The notes under the pieces are model-generated. The model saw only the letters and a program-made list of their open reading frames with translations, was not told the origin of the DNA and ran no database searches. The translations under genes were made by a program, and so were the position numbers. A stretch of DNA of 64,000 nt from IMG/VR virus record IMGVR_UViG_2836862175_000007, positions 1 through 64,000 of that record; one strand, given 5' to 3'. Source of the stretch: a virus. Its lineage: Duplodnaviria; Caudoviricetes. Shown here piece by piece: positions 38,697 through 48,480 of this stretch (its first letter is position 1; the number at the start of each line of letters is the position of its first letter).

Positions 38697-39039
38697 CGGT
38701 TACGGCCCCCAGTCGGCGCTTCAGTTCCTCGATCTGCTCCGGCGGCACGCCCAGCGCCGGCCCGAGCGCGATCAGTTGGGCCAGTCGCGCCGTCCGGTCG
38801 GCCGGCTCGTCCCCGGCCCCTTCCGGGAGTTGGATCGCCCCGTCCCGGTCCCGCGGGTGGAAGTACAACTCGTGGACCTGGCGCGGGGTCAGGTCTAGCA
38901 CCTCGTGCATCCGCAGCCGGTGGACGTTCACGAGGACGGCGTACCGGGCGGTCAGCGCCCCCGGCGTCCTCACCGGCGCTTCGGGCGCGGCCGGTCGCCC
39001 CGCGGCTCCGGCGCCGGCCGCGGGGGCGATCCTTTTGGG
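38671..39039 (-). CDS. Tail assembly chaperone, -1 frame extension (gpT-like)
   Basis: Open -1 frame after CCCAAAA; EVLDLTPRQV motif. Confidence 0.75.
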   Translation of the reverse strand, partial: PKRIAPAAGAGAAGRPAAPEAPVRTPGALTARYAVLVNVHRLRMHEVLDLTPRQVHELYFHPRDRDGAIQLPEGAGDEPADRTARLAQLIALGPALGVPPEQIEELKRRLGAVTDGDTGPTA

Positions 39040-39437
39040 AAGCTCAGCTCCACCGCCTCGTCGAGCAGCTCGCGCACGTCCGCCTCGCGCTCGGTGAGGA
39101 GCTGGAGCACCTCCCCCAGGTCGGCGTCCATCATGCACGAGAGCAGCAGCGCGGCGCCCTCGGTGGTGCCCAGGTGCGCCAGCGTCTTCTCGCTGGAGAA
39201 CGCGAACTCGCCGGCCTCGTGCCGCGCCCGCAGCTTCGCCACCTCGGCCGCGTACTCCGCGTCCGCGTACAGCTCGCGGGCGCCCTTCAGCGCCGCCCGG
39301 GCGCGCTCGTACAGCCGCTCCTCCACCCGGAGCAGCGTGCCCTCGGTCATGACGGGCGCGACGCGGTACGTCTTGCCCCGGTGTTCGATCACCTTCGGCG
39401 GGTTCAGCGCGCCGAAGGCTGCCGCGCGTTCGCTCAT
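38970..39437 (-). CDS. Tail assembly chaperone (gpG-like)
   Basis: Between tube and tape measure; slippery CCCAAAA at 39039-39033. Confidence 0.78.
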   Translation of the reverse strand: MSERAAAFGALNPPKVIEHRGKTYRVAPVMTEGTLLRVEERLYERARAALKGARELYADAEYAAEVAKLRARHEAGEFAFSSEKTLAHLGTTEGAALLLSCMMDADLGEVLQLLTEREADVRELLDEAVELSFPKGSPPRPAPEPRGDRPRPKRR

Positions 39438-39448
39438 ACCGGCTCCGG

Positions 39449-39826
39449 TCAGGTGAAGTTGATGGTGAACTCGCCGTCGGTCTCGAACCCGACGGAGCAC
39501 TGGGCCGGGTCCCCCCCGGCGCTGATCTCGCTGCTGTACTCGATGGTGGACACCCGGGCGTTGACGGCGAGCTCCACGCCCGCCGCGAACCCCAGGTGCA
39601 GCACCACCAGGGCGCCGAGCGCGAGCGGCATGTTGCCCGCGTTGTACGGCCCCTCGCACACCGGCGCGCCCGCGACCCCGCCGGGCAGCGTGCGCTGGAA
39701 GTTGTGCCCGAAGGCGAAGAACTTCTTCACGCCCCCGTCGAGCGGCAGGCGCCACTTGTTGAAGCTGAACGCGACCGCGCCGAGCTTCACGTAACTGTTG
39801 TTGCCGCTGATAAAGTTGTCCGGCAT
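39449..39826 (-). CDS. Tail tube protein
   Basis: 125 aa beta-rich; ISGNNSYV...SVGFETDG; position in cluster. Confidence 0.7.
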   Translation of the reverse strand: MPDNFISGNNSYVKLGAVAFSFNKWRLPLDGGVKKFFAFGHNFQRTLPGGVAGAPVCEGPYNAGNMPLALGALVVLHLGFAAGVELAVNARVSTIEYSSEISAGGDPAQCSVGFETDGEFTINFT

Positions 39827-39833
39827 GGGCCCC

Positions 39834-40337
39834 TCACGTGTGGCCGATGATGACGATGGTCACCGTCGCGGCGTCGGCCCCGGCGTTGGCGACCTTCAGC
39901 GTCCTGTGCGTACCGCCGACGGCCCCGCCGCCGCCGGCCGGGGCGCCCATCTTTACGACCGACTCGCCCGCGCCGAGCGCGACCGCCCCGGCCCCGGCGA
40001 GCCACTGGAACCCGTTCGCGTCCCCCGGCCCGACGCGGACGGCGATGTCGCTGTTGTCCGGGTCGGCCGGCTCGGCCCGCGCGATCAGCCCCAGCACCGC
40101 GGCGAGCGCGACACCGGTCTGACCGGTCAGGTCGGTGAAGTTCGTCAGATCGATCGTTGCGGCGCCGCCCCCCGCGACGGTGAGGACGCCGGCGTACGCC
40201 TGGTCCCACGCGGCCGGGTCGAGGGCGCCGCCGAACGCGACCTGGTTGGTCCCCTGCTCCAGGGCCGCCCAGCCGGCCACCGGCCGGGCGAACGAGAAGC
40301 GGCAGGCGGCACTGAGGCTGACGGCGTCGAGCGGCAT
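39834..40337 (-). CDS. Putative virion structural protein
   Basis: TIDLTNFTD..G...VGPGDANGF; tightly coupled in operon. Confidence 0.55.
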   Translation of the reverse strand: MPLDAVSLSAACRFSFARPVAGWAALEQGTNQVAFGGALDPAAWDQAYAGVLTVAGGGAATIDLTNFTDLTGQTGVALAAVLGLIARAEPADPDNSDIAVRVGPGDANGFQWLAGAGAVALGAGESVVKMGAPAGGGGAVGGTHRTLKVANAGADAATVTIVIIGHT

Positions 40338-40339
40338 GG

Positions 40340-40720
40340 TCACAGGTCCAGCAGGGTGCGGATCTCGATCCCCGTTGCGGCCGCGGTGGTCACGTACCCC
40401 GCGGTCACGGCGCCCGCGGTCCCGACGAACGGGTACGCCACCCCGCTGTCCCGCACCCAGCAGAACGGGGCGCCGGGCTTGAGGGCGATGGTGTCCGTCG
40501 GGCTGCCGCTGCTGTTCAGCTTCAGCGTGCAGTCCGCGTCGACCACGATGAAGATCGCGAGCAGCTTGGCCGCGGCCCATTCGAGGTCGATCAACTGGTG
40601 GGTCACGGTCCCGAGCCCGAGCGAAAAGTTCTGCTCGATCCCGCCGGTCTTGCTCACGGCGGTGCCGATCAGGTCGCCACCCGCGCCCCAGGTCAGGCTA
40701 ATCGAATGCGTAAACGGCAT
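40340..40720 (-). CDS. Putative virion structural protein
   Basis: Beta-rich; tightly coupled in operon. Confidence 0.55.
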   Translation of the reverse strand: MPFTHSISLTWGAGGDLIGTAVSKTGGIEQNFSLGLGTVTHQLIDLEWAAAKLLAIFIVVDADCTLKLNSSGSPTDTIALKPGAPFCWVRDSGVAYPFVGTAGAVTAGYVTTAAATGIEIRTLLDL

Positions 40721-40721
40721 C

Positions 40722-41183
40722 TCAGGTGCTCCGGGGTTCCACGACCGCCACGTTGAACGTTTGTGCCGAGTAATCGAGGTCGCGCGGGATCAGGCTGCCG
40801 TCGAACGGGGCCTTCCCGATCGTCGCCGTGAACAGCCACCCGGGGACGGTCGCGAAACACCCCCGGGAGTCGCCCACGGCCTGCTCGATGAGCGTGCGCC
40901 ACTCCCGCACCCGCTCGCCGTCCGCCAGCACGCGCCCGTCGCCCGCTCCGATGATGACGACGGTGGTCGGGTAGCGGTTGATCTTGTGCCGGTACGTGAG
41001 AATCGTCGTCTGCCCCTCTTCGCCGCCCTCGCCCACGCACACGGCGATGAACGGCGGGTCCACCCCGCTCGGCAGGCTCGGGGTCTTGAGCTTCTGCACC
41101 TTGTTGCCGGGCACGAGGTTCAGCGCCCGGACGGCGGCCACCACGGCGTCGGCGATCAGGTTCGGGCTCACCGGGTTCGGCAC
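40722..41183 (-). CDS. Putative tail terminator / neck protein
   Basis: Size and position; IADAVVAAV...PFIAV. Confidence 0.5.
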   Translation of the reverse strand: MPNPVSPNLIADAVVAAVRALNLVPGNKVQKLKTPSLPSGVDPPFIAVCVGEGGEEGQTTILTYRHKINRYPTTVVIIGAGDGRVLADGERVREWRTLIEQAVGDSRGCFATVPGWLFTATIGKAPFDGSLIPRDLDYSAQTFNVAVVEPRST

Positions 41184-41187
41184 GGGC

Positions 41188-41535
41188 TCACCTCTTCCTC
41201 GTGACCGGGCACCGCACGATGCGGCCCGCCACCTCGTTCACCTCGGCAACCACCCACACCGTGCCGTCGCCTTCGGTGATCCGGTCCACCGGCTTCAGCA
41301 CGAACCCGAGCCGGTCCGTGCGGAGCCAGAACTCGTTCTGCGTGGTGTGGACCTCGCCCGACCGGGCCGGCCCGGTGGAGCCCTTGCGGATCAGCTTCGC
41401 GGCTGTAACCCCCGTTACAGTGACCGCCGCTACCCCGCTGATGGCATCGACGCTCGCCACCGCGACCGGGGCGGTTCCCTGCGCGAGCGCCTCAAAGTCG
41501 GCGCCGAAGTCGATGCCGTCCAGTTCGTCGGCCAC
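41188..41535 (-). CDS. Putative head-closure protein
   Basis: LKPVDRITEGDGTVWVV...RCPV; position. Confidence 0.5.
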   Translation of the reverse strand: MADELDGIDFGADFEALAQGTAPVAVASVDAISGVAAVTVTGVTAAKLIRKGSTGPARSGEVHTTQNEFWLRTDRLGFVLKPVDRITEGDGTVWVVAEVNEVAGRIVRCPVTRKR

Positions 41536-41537
41536 GG

Positions 41538-41765
41538 CTACCTCACGATGCTGGTCTGGGTGAACACGGGGTTGGTGTCCGGGGCGGCCCCGGGGATGGC
41601 CCGCAGGCTCTTCTCCTGGTCCAGCAGGCTCTCGTAGTAGGTCTTGCGGTCCACCCGCACGCCCCCGGGGAGCGTGTAGTCCGGCAGCGGGTTCGCCAGC
41701 ACCTCGGCGATCTTCGCGCACACGTCGCGGTACGCGGCCTGCAAGTTCTGAAGGGGCGTCGGCAT
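41538..41765 (-). CDS. Head-tail adaptor (gpW-like)
   Basis: 75 aa helix-hairpin-helix YTLPGGVRVDR...L. Confidence 0.55.
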   Translation of the reverse strand: MPTPLQNLQAAYRDVCAKIAEVLANPLPDYTLPGGVRVDRKTYYESLLDQEKSLRAIPGAAPDTNPVFTQTSIVR

Positions 41766-41870
41766 GGGCGACCTCGTACCAACTCGTGTGAGTGAGAAAC
41801 CGCTGACGGCGCGTGTGTTCGCGGGGCGACCGATCGCCCGGCCCCGCGAGCACCCAGTTCCACCCCCACC

Positions 41871-42161
41871 TCAGTCCGGCAGCTCGGTCGCCACCACCCG
41901 GACGCCCGCGCCGTCCACGTCGCCCGGGTCGATGCCCTCCGCCCGCAGGTACTCGCCCACGGCGCTGTCGCGGTCCGGGGCGAGCACGTACCGCTGGGTG
42001 CGTGCCCCGAAGGGGTGCCCTTCCAGACGCAGCTTGAACCGCTTGAGCCCCTCCCCCGCCCGCTCGGTCGGATCGCACACCCGCGCGCCGGGCTTCGGGG
42101 CGGGCGGTTCGCCCTTCGCGTGCCCCGCCCGCGCGCCCGCCTTCTTGGTCTCGTCGGCCAT
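41871..42161 (-). CDS. Hypothetical protein
   Basis: ORF following the capsid gene. Confidence 0.55.
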   Translation of the reverse strand: MADETKKAGARAGHAKGEPPAPKPGARVCDPTERAGEGLKRFKLRLEGHPFGARTQRYVLAPDRDSAVGEYLRAEGIDPGDVDGAGVRVVATELPD

Positions 42162-42201
42162 AATCGGTTCCCGTGGTGTCTGTTTTCCCGGTGCCCGCAC
42201 C

Positions 42202-43407
42202 TCACGCGGTGCATTTGCACATGCGGCGCGGCTGGACCGTGTTGAACGTGCTGCGCTTGGACACTTTGCTCTGGAAGATGATGTCCTGATCGAACTCCAG
42301 TTGGCTGCCGGCGCCCATCGTGGTGACCGTCAGCGGCCAGTTCTCGATCTGCTCGAAGGCGCCGCCCAGGTCGCCCAGGAACCACGTGGTGTCGGACCCG
42401 GACACGGCCCGGAACAACTGGCTGCTCATCACCTGGATCTGCCCGATGATGTCGCCGGTCGGGTTCGGGATCTCGCTGCCCACCGGGTTCCCCGAGGTCG
42501 CGTACCCCGGGGCGGTGCGGCGCACCATCCCCTTGAGCGCGAACGGCACGGTGAACGCCAGCGCCGGCGGCACGCAGATGTGCTTGACCGTGACGTTCTG
42601 CGGCTCGCCCGTGGCCGGGTCCAGGATCTCGACGAGGGCCTGCCACGCGGCCTGCACGTCCGTGTAATCGACCAACGCGTTGGCCGTCACCAGGTTGTCC
42701 CAGGTGTGCGCGCCGCTGTTGTCCCCGTAGGTGGGGATCGGCCCCAGGTTGCGCCACCGGTACCGGTACTGGTTCTTGGGGGTTTCGCCGGCGTCCACCA
42801 CGCAGGTGATGGCCCGCTTCTCGTCGCTCACCCCCTGCCACTCGCCCAGGGAGTCGAGCTTGGTCATGAACTCGCCGGTCTGGTCGAAGAACACCGCCTC
42901 CTTCGTCGCTCGCGCGATCATCCCGCGCTTGCGGGTCTCCGGGGTGTCGGTCCAGTCCTCGCCGACGCCCACCTCCGGGTACGGCTTCCCCTCCTCCACC
43001 ACGTCGCTCTCGTCCCCGACGTGGGTGACGCCCGCGATGCGCTCGAACTTGAACTTGCTGGGCCGGGTCGGGATGGCGTTCACGAAGACGCGGGCGGGCA
43101 CGTCGTAGGCGGCCAGCACCCGCTCGTAGGCGAACTGCTGGGTGATGTTGAGGAACGCCGCGGTGCTGTTGGCCCCGGCGGCCTCCTCCACCCGGGCGCG
43201 CTGGAGCACCCCGTGCGCGCGCTCGGCGCAGTCGCCCAGGTTCTTGCGGCAGTGGTTGAAGTTGTTCCACCCGAAGCACTCGACGAACAGGTCGCCGAGG
43301 TCCAGGTCTTCGGTGCGGATCGCGCCCCCGCGGAGCGAGGCCCGCAGCCCGGCCTCCGTCTCCGCCGGGTGCCGCTTGTACGATTCGACCAGTTTGGCAG
43401 TGTTCAT
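42202..43407 (-). CDS. Major capsid protein (Mu gpT-like)
   Basis: VEEGKPYPE, RKRGMI..TKEAVFFDQTG, ICVPPAL, TTWFLGD. Confidence 0.82.
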   Translation of the reverse strand: MNTAKLVESYKRHPAETEAGLRASLRGGAIRTEDLDLGDLFVECFGWNNFNHCRKNLGDCAERAHGVLQRARVEEAAGANSTAAFLNITQQFAYERVLAAYDVPARVFVNAIPTRPSKFKFERIAGVTHVGDESDVVEEGKPYPEVGVGEDWTDTPETRKRGMIARATKEAVFFDQTGEFMTKLDSLGEWQGVSDEKRAITCVVDAGETPKNQYRYRWRNLGPIPTYGDNSGAHTWDNLVTANALVDYTDVQAAWQALVEILDPATGEPQNVTVKHICVPPALAFTVPFALKGMVRRTAPGYATSGNPVGSEIPNPTGDIIGQIQVMSSQLFRAVSGSDTTWFLGDLGGAFEQIENWPLTVTTMGAGSQLEFDQDIIFQSKVSKRSTFNTVQPRRMCKCTA

Positions 43408-43411
43408 AGGT

Positions 43412-43644
43412 AATTCGGAATGTGGAGTTCGGAATGCGGAACGTTCCCAATTCGGAACGCGGAATTCGGAATTCGGAATAGAACCAACCAACCAACAAAC
43501 AAACAAACAAAATACAAGACAACGAGCAAGCGGGACGCAATTCGGTGCGGAACAGCCGCAATGCGGAACATCGAACAGGTGCCTGGGCGATATTGTTCTT
43601 GTTGTCTTCAATTCCGCATTCCGAATTCCGCACTCCGCATTTCC
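43412..43644. repeat. Inverted heptamer arrays (CGGAATN / ATTCCGN) around a CAAA microsatellite
   Basis: ttcggaatgtggagttcggaatgcggaa ... aaacaaacaaac ... attccgcattccgaattccgcactccgcatt. Confidence 0.8.
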
Positions 43645-44358
43645 TCAGCGCGCCTGCCAGCAGCCGGCGTAATCGACGTTGGTGGTTTCGAGGTTGGCGC
43701 CGCCGTTCTTGGCGCCCACGAACAGGCTCGCGGGGGCGAGGCCGGTGAGCAGGAGCTGGTGCCGGATCGGCTGGCCGGTGACGGCGTCGCGCATGAGCCG
43801 GCCGTCCACGGTGGGGACGCAGGTGGCGTAGCTGCCGAAGGCGTCGAGGACCTCGATCCCGAGCTGCTGGTAGCCGGCCCCGCCGGCGCTCTCCTGGCTC
43901 TGGCTCACGGTCACGTCCGAGCCGTTGCGGGTGACGAACCGCCACGCCGTGTCGCCGTCCACCTTGTAGATGGCAACGACCGTCCCGCTGGCGCGGAGCC
44001 CGGCGCCGTCGTCCAGGATCAGGTTCGCCCCCACCGACGACGCGAGCCCGAACGCCACGTTGGCGTCGTCGGTTGCGGCCTCGGTGAACTGGATCAGGGC
44101 TTCGGCGTATAGCGGCTTGTTGGCGGCGGGCTTGAACAGGGCGATGGTGGTAGCGAGGTACGATTCGTCGTTGTCGGCCACGCTCCCGTCGGAGCTGGTG
44201 AGGGTGGCGATCCCGCCGACGCCGGCGGCCACGACGGTGCCGGAGTCGGTGAGGGTGGCGGTCCACAGGTGCGGGCTGATGTACCACGGGAAGTCGTCGT
44301 AGACCCCGTGCAGGTCTTTGGCTTCGCGCAGGGCTTGCGGCATGCGGACGATGTTCAC
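43645..44358 (-). CDS. Putative head decoration / cement protein
   Basis: Between protease and capsid genes; DDF...VKNG-like...VDY beta-sandwich pattern. Confidence 0.55.
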   Translation of the reverse strand: MNIVRMPQALREAKDLHGVYDDFPWYISPHLWTATLTDSGTVVAAGVGGIATLTSSDGSVADNDESYLATTIALFKPAANKPLYAEALIQFTEAATDDANVAFGLASSVGANLILDDGAGLRASGTVVAIYKVDGDTAWRFVTRNGSDVTVSQSQESAGGAGYQQLGIEVLDAFGSYATCVPTVDGRLMRDAVTGQPIRHQLLLTGLAPASLFVGAKNGGANLETTNVDYAGCWQAR

Positions 44359-44420
44359 GTTCGGGCCTCGTTATGTTGGGGGGCGGTGTGCGGGTGCGGC
44401 CGTGCCGGTCCGAGGGGCGG

Positions 44421-45569
44421 TCACTCGATCCACTCGGCGAACGCCTTCGGGTCGGCGGGCGGCTTCGATTCGCTGGCCCGGGTGAGCGCCCCGAGGCGCC
44501 CGCGGCCGGCGCTGGTGGGCCGCTCGGGCGCGGGCGCGGCGGCCCACTGGAGCCGGGCGGCCAGTGCGGCGCGGCGGTCGCGCGGGGCGGCGGCGATCAG
44601 CTCCAGGTCCTCGCGCCCGGGGCGGTAGCCGAGCCGCTCGCACACGTCCAGCGCTTCCAGCACGGCCCCGGCCCGGCGCCGCGCGCTCTCCGGCTTCGGG
44701 GCGCCGTCGTCGGTGTCGGTGTCGTCGTCGAGCGGCTCGGTTTCGGGCGCGTCGGCGTCGGTGTCGGTGTCGTCAGTGGTGATGTCGGCGTGCGCGCGGA
44801 GCATCTTCTTGAGCTTGGCGAGGCACTTGCCGAGCGCCTTCGGGTCGCCCTTGGCGGCCATGCACGCCTTGAGTTCGTCGGTGGCCGCGGCGAGGAACGC
44901 GGCGTCGAGCGGGGCGGCGGCGCCGGCGTCGGGCGGCGGGGGCGCGTCGGCGGCCGGCATGTCGGTGCCGTCGGTGCCGTCCGGGCCGTCGATCTCGGCG
45001 AGCCGGCGGGCGGCGGTGAGTTGGCGGCGGGTGGACGCCGGGTGCGCGGCGAGCCACTCGACCAGTCGGGCGCGGGTGAACGGCACGGGTGCTCCTTCGA
45101 ACAGGCCTTTGGTGGTAGCGGGTTGTGCGACGAGGTCGATGGACTCGACGGCCCGGATGGCTTCGACGACCTCGCGCCCGTCGGGTCCGGGCCGGGTGTC
45201 GCAGAGCGCGACGTGGCTGAACCCGTACAGCGCGGGGTTGCGCTCGGCGGCCTCCATGACGCGCTCGTACATGGGGTGCGAGCGGAGCAGGTTGAGGGTG
45301 CCGCGGGGCCGCCCGTCGGGTCCGGGGCGGACGTTGGTGAACCACCCGAGCCGCCGCTCCACGGTGCTCTCGCGGCCGTGGTCGCAGTTGACCGGCCGGC
45401 CCTCGTAGCGGGCGCAGTCGCGGCGCAGCACGGCGACGGGGTAGTCGCGCCCGTTGGCGCTGGCGGTGCCGCAGATGAGCACGCCGTCGATGGTGCCCGA
45501 CTCGCGGTTCGGGCGGGCGCCGCGGAACGGAGCGCGGACGTGTTCGGTGATGCGCCGGGGTGTGGTCAT
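44421..45569 (-). CDS. Prohead protease with scaffold-like C-terminus
   Basis: SANGRDYP, VNCDH, GFSH, VESIDLVAQPAT; acidic helical tail. Confidence 0.8.
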   Translation of the reverse strand: MTTPRRITEHVRAPFRGARPNRESGTIDGVLICGTASANGRDYPVAVLRRDCARYEGRPVNCDHGRESTVERRLGWFTNVRPGPDGRPRGTLNLLRSHPMYERVMEAAERNPALYGFSHVALCDTRPGPDGREVVEAIRAVESIDLVAQPATTKGLFEGAPVPFTRARLVEWLAAHPASTRRQLTAARRLAEIDGPDGTDGTDMPAADAPPPPDAGAAAPLDAAFLAAATDELKACMAAKGDPKALGKCLAKLKKMLRAHADITTDDTDTDADAPETEPLDDDTDTDDGAPKPESARRRAGAVLEALDVCERLGYRPGREDLELIAAAPRDRRAALAARLQWAAAPAPERPTSAGRGRLGALTRASESKPPADPKAFAEWIE

Positions 45570-45570
45570 G

Positions 45571-45584
45571 CCCGGCCGATGGCA
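45571..45584 (-). promoter_or_regulatory. Conserved motif TGCCATCGGCCGGG, copy 4
   Basis: 1 nt upstream of ATG at 45569. Confidence 0.75.
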
Positions 45585-45599
45585 GCGGGCGGAAAATGC

Positions 45600-46088
45600 A
45601 GACCTAACCCCCCAGCCCCCTTCCCTGAAGGGAAGGGGGTGGCGCCGGGAGGAGTGATCCCGGGGCGGTAGGGGCGCGCGGGGCGACCCACCCCCCAGCC
45701 CCCTCCCTGAAGGGAGGGGGAGGAAAGGCAACCTAACCCCCCGGCCCCCTTCCCTAAAGGGAAGGGGGTGGCGCCGGGAGGAGTGATCCCGGGGCGGTAG
45801 GGGCGCGCGGGGCGACCCACCCCCCAGCCCCCTCCCTGAAGGGAGGGGGAGGATGGTTGATCCGCGAAGCGAACGTGATTCGCGATGCGGAACCGAAGTG
45901 CCTTCCTCCCCTCCCTTCAGGGAGGGGCTGGGGGTGGGTTGTCTTCGGTTTTGCTCCCCTCCCTTCAGGGAGGGGCTGGGGGTAGGTTGCCTTCCTCCCC
46001 TCCCTTCAGGGAGGGGTTGGGGGTGGGTTGTCTTCGGTTTTGCTCCCCCTTCCCTTTAGGGAAGGGGGCCGGGGGGTTAGGTCTTCGC
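45600..46088. repeat. Cluster of CCCCTCCCTGAAGGGAGGGG-type palindromic repeats, left copy
   Basis: Multiple hairpin units; ends AGACCTAACCCC / GGGGTTAGGTCT. Confidence 0.88.
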
Positions 46089-46193
46089 GCCGGGGCATTC
46101 CGGCGAAATCGCGCGAGAGTCGCACGCGCCCGCGGGACGGCCCGTACAGTAGTGTGGACCCGTCTACTGACGACGTTGCGCAACGGAGAACGC

Positions 46194-48377
46194 ATGTCCT
46201 CGGCCATGAGCACGGTCGATCTGGTCACCTGCGAGAGCGAGCCGATCCACATCCCCGGGCGGGTCCAGCCGCACGGGGCGCTACTGGCCGTTTCCGAACC
46301 CGACGGGGTCGTGGTTCAGGCCAGCGCGAACTGCGCCGACCTCCTCGGGCTGCCGGAACTGCCGCTCGGGCGCCCACTCGCCGACGTGCTGGGCCGCGAC
46401 CTCACCGCCGCGCTCGCCGCGCCCGACCCGCGCCCCCTCGCCCCGCTCCCGGTGAGCGTCGGCGGGCGCGCGTTCGATGTCATCGCGCACCGGCACGCCG
46501 GCCGCCTCATCGTGGAACTCGAGCCCGCCGGGGGCGCGACCACGGACCCCGACCGGCTCGTGCGGTTCACCCTCGCGAACCTGCGCAACGGCCTTCACCT
46601 GCAACCCTTCTGCGAGGTGGTCGCGCGTGAGGTGCGGGCGCTCACCGGGTACGACCGGGTCATGGTGTACCGGTTCGACCCGGACTGGAACGGCGAGGTG
46701 TACGCCGAGGTCAAGCGCGAGGACCTGGAGCCGTTCCTCGGGCTGCACTACCCGGCGTCGGACATCCCCGCCCAGGCGCGCCGGCTGTACCACCTGAACC
46801 TCGTGCGACACCTCCCGGACATCACCTATGCGTCCTCCGCCCTCGTGCCGGAGCTGGACCCGGGCACCGGCGCCCCGCTGGACCTGAGCCACGCGGTGCT
46901 GCGGAGCGTGTCCCCGATCCACGTCGAGTACCTCAAGAACATGGACGTGGCCGGGACGCTCACCATCTCCCTCTTGAAGGACGGGCGGCTGTGGGGGCTG
47001 GTCGCGTGCCACCACTACGCCCCCCTGTTCCTGCCGTACCGGGTGCGGGCCGCGTGCGAGTCGCTCGGGGTGCTCGTGTCCCTCCAACTGTCCGCCAAGC
47101 AGGACGCCGAGGACCTGCGGTGCCGGGCGGCGGCCCAGGAGCGGCTCGGCCGGCTGGCCGCAGCACTCGTCGGCGACGACCCGGTCGCGGTGCTGGCCGA
47201 GCGACCCGACGAGCTGATCGGGCTGACGCGCGCCGCCGGCGCGGCCGTCGTGTCCGGCGGGCGGGTGACCCTCGCCGGCGCGACCCCGGGCGCGGAGCAG
47301 GCCGCCCGGGTGGCGCAGTGGCTGCGGGACGGCAACCGCGGCGAGTACGACACGCACGCGCTGCCCGCCGCCGTGCCCGGCACCGACCCGGCGACCGCCA
47401 GCGGGCTCCTCGCCGTCCCGCTGGGCGGCGGCGACTACCTGCTGTGGTTCCGCCCGGAGCTGATCGCCTCCGTGCGCTGGGCCGGCGACCCGCACTACAA
47501 GCGGGTGGTGACCGGCCCGAACGGCCCGCGGCTCTCGCCGCGCGGGTCGTTCACGCTGTGGCGCGAGGAGCAGCGCGGGAAGTCCGAGCCGTGGGGCGCG
47601 TGCGACCGGGACGCGGCCCACACGCTCCACGAGATGGTGCTCACCGCGCTCGCCCGGCGCGGGGCCGGGCTGGAGGCCGAGGCCCGGCGCCGCGACGACT
47701 TCCTCGCCGCCGTGGCCCACGAGTTGCGGAACCCGATCGCCCCGATCCAGAACGCCGCGCAGCTCGTTCGCATGAGCGCCGGGGGGAACGCGGTCGCCGC
47801 CCGGGCGGCCGACATGATCGAGCGGCAGACGGGCGCCCTGCGGCGCATCGTGGAGGACCTGCTCGACGCCAGCCGCGCCGGCCAGGGCAAGCTCCGGGTC
47901 GATCTCGTCCCGCTCGACCTCGCCCCGCTCGTGCGGGCCGCGGTGGAGGACGCCCGCGCGGCGCTGGAGGCGAACGGGATCGCGCTCGCGGCCCGCACCC
48001 CGGCGGCCCCGGTGCGGGTGCGGGGCGACGCGGTCCGGCTGCGCCAGGTGATCAGCAACCTGCTCACCAACGCCGGGAAGTTCACCGACCGGGGCGGCCG
48101 GGTCACCGTCGCGCTCGGCGCCGACGCCACCGCCGCGTCCCTGTCCGTCGCCGACACCGGCATCGGGATCGCCGCGGCGGACCTGCGGCGCGTGTTCCAG
48201 GCGTTCGCCCAGTCCGAGGGGTCGCTCGAGCGCAGCCGCGAGGGGCTCGGGCTCGGGCTGGCGCTCGTGCGGTCGATCGCCGAGTTGCACGGCGGCAGCG
48301 CCTCCGCGGCCAGCGACGGCCCCGGGCACGGCACCACGTTCACGGTCCGGCTCCCGCTCGACACCTCGGCCCCGTGA
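46194..48377 (+). CDS. bphP: Bacteriophytochrome histidine kinase (PAS-GAF-PHY-HisKA-HATPase)
   Basis: CESEPIHIPGRVQPHG (bilin Cys), YPASDIP, LRSVSPIH, LSPRGSF, AHELRNP, GLGLGL. Confidence 0.95.
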   Translation: MSSAMSTVDLVTCESEPIHIPGRVQPHGALLAVSEPDGVVVQASANCADLLGLPELPLGRPLADVLGRDLTAALAAPDPRPLAPLPVSVGGRAFDVIAHRHAGRLIVELEPAGGATTDPDRLVRFTLANLRNGLHLQPFCEVVAREVRALTGYDRVMVYRFDPDWNGEVYAEVKREDLEPFLGLHYPASDIPAQARRLYHLNLVRHLPDITYASSALVPELDPGTGAPLDLSHAVLRSVSPIHVEYLKNMDVAGTLTISLLKDGRLWGLVACHHYAPLFLPYRVRAACESLGVLVSLQLSAKQDAEDLRCRAAAQERLGRLAAALVGDDPVAVLAERPDELIGLTRAAGAAVVSGGRVTLAGATPGAEQAARVAQWLRDGNRGEYDTHALPAAVPGTDPATASGLLAVPLGGGDYLLWFRPELIASVRWAGDPHYKRVVTGPNGPRLSPRGSFTLWREEQRGKSEPWGACDRDAAHTLHEMVLTALARRGAGLEAEARRRDDFLAAVAHELRNPIAPIQNAAQLVRMSAGGNAVAARAADMIERQTGALRRIVEDLLDASRAGQGKLRVDLVPLDLAPLVRAAVEDARAALEANGIALAARTPAAPVRVRGDAVRLRQVISNLLTNAGKFTDRGGRVTVALGADATAASLSVADTGIGIAAADLRRVFQAFAQSEGSLERSREGLGLGLALVRSIAELHGGSASAASDGPGHGTTFTVRLPLDTSAP

Positions 48378-48480
48378 GGCCGCGGGGCGAAAATCGGCAC
48401 CACGTCCTTGCGTCCGCCGGCGCCGCGCGGTACTGGTCGAAGCGTGCCGGGCGCCGCCCGGTCCGTCCGGAGTCGCCCCC

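Noticed and set aside
41543-44287. 914-aa ORF and other long overlapping ORFs (57438-59822, 46281-48482, 48340-50010, 38214-39794)
   Set aside because: Arg/Pro/Gly-rich shadow frames of high-GC genes with better-supported products in another frame
36305-45569. Contractile injection system or R-type tailocin
   Set aside because: No sheath or baseplate wedge genes recognised; capsid, portal and protease genes are present
45600-46088. Repeat clusters as a CRISPR array
   Set aside because: Units vary in length and orientation, spacers are themselves repeated, and no cas genes are present
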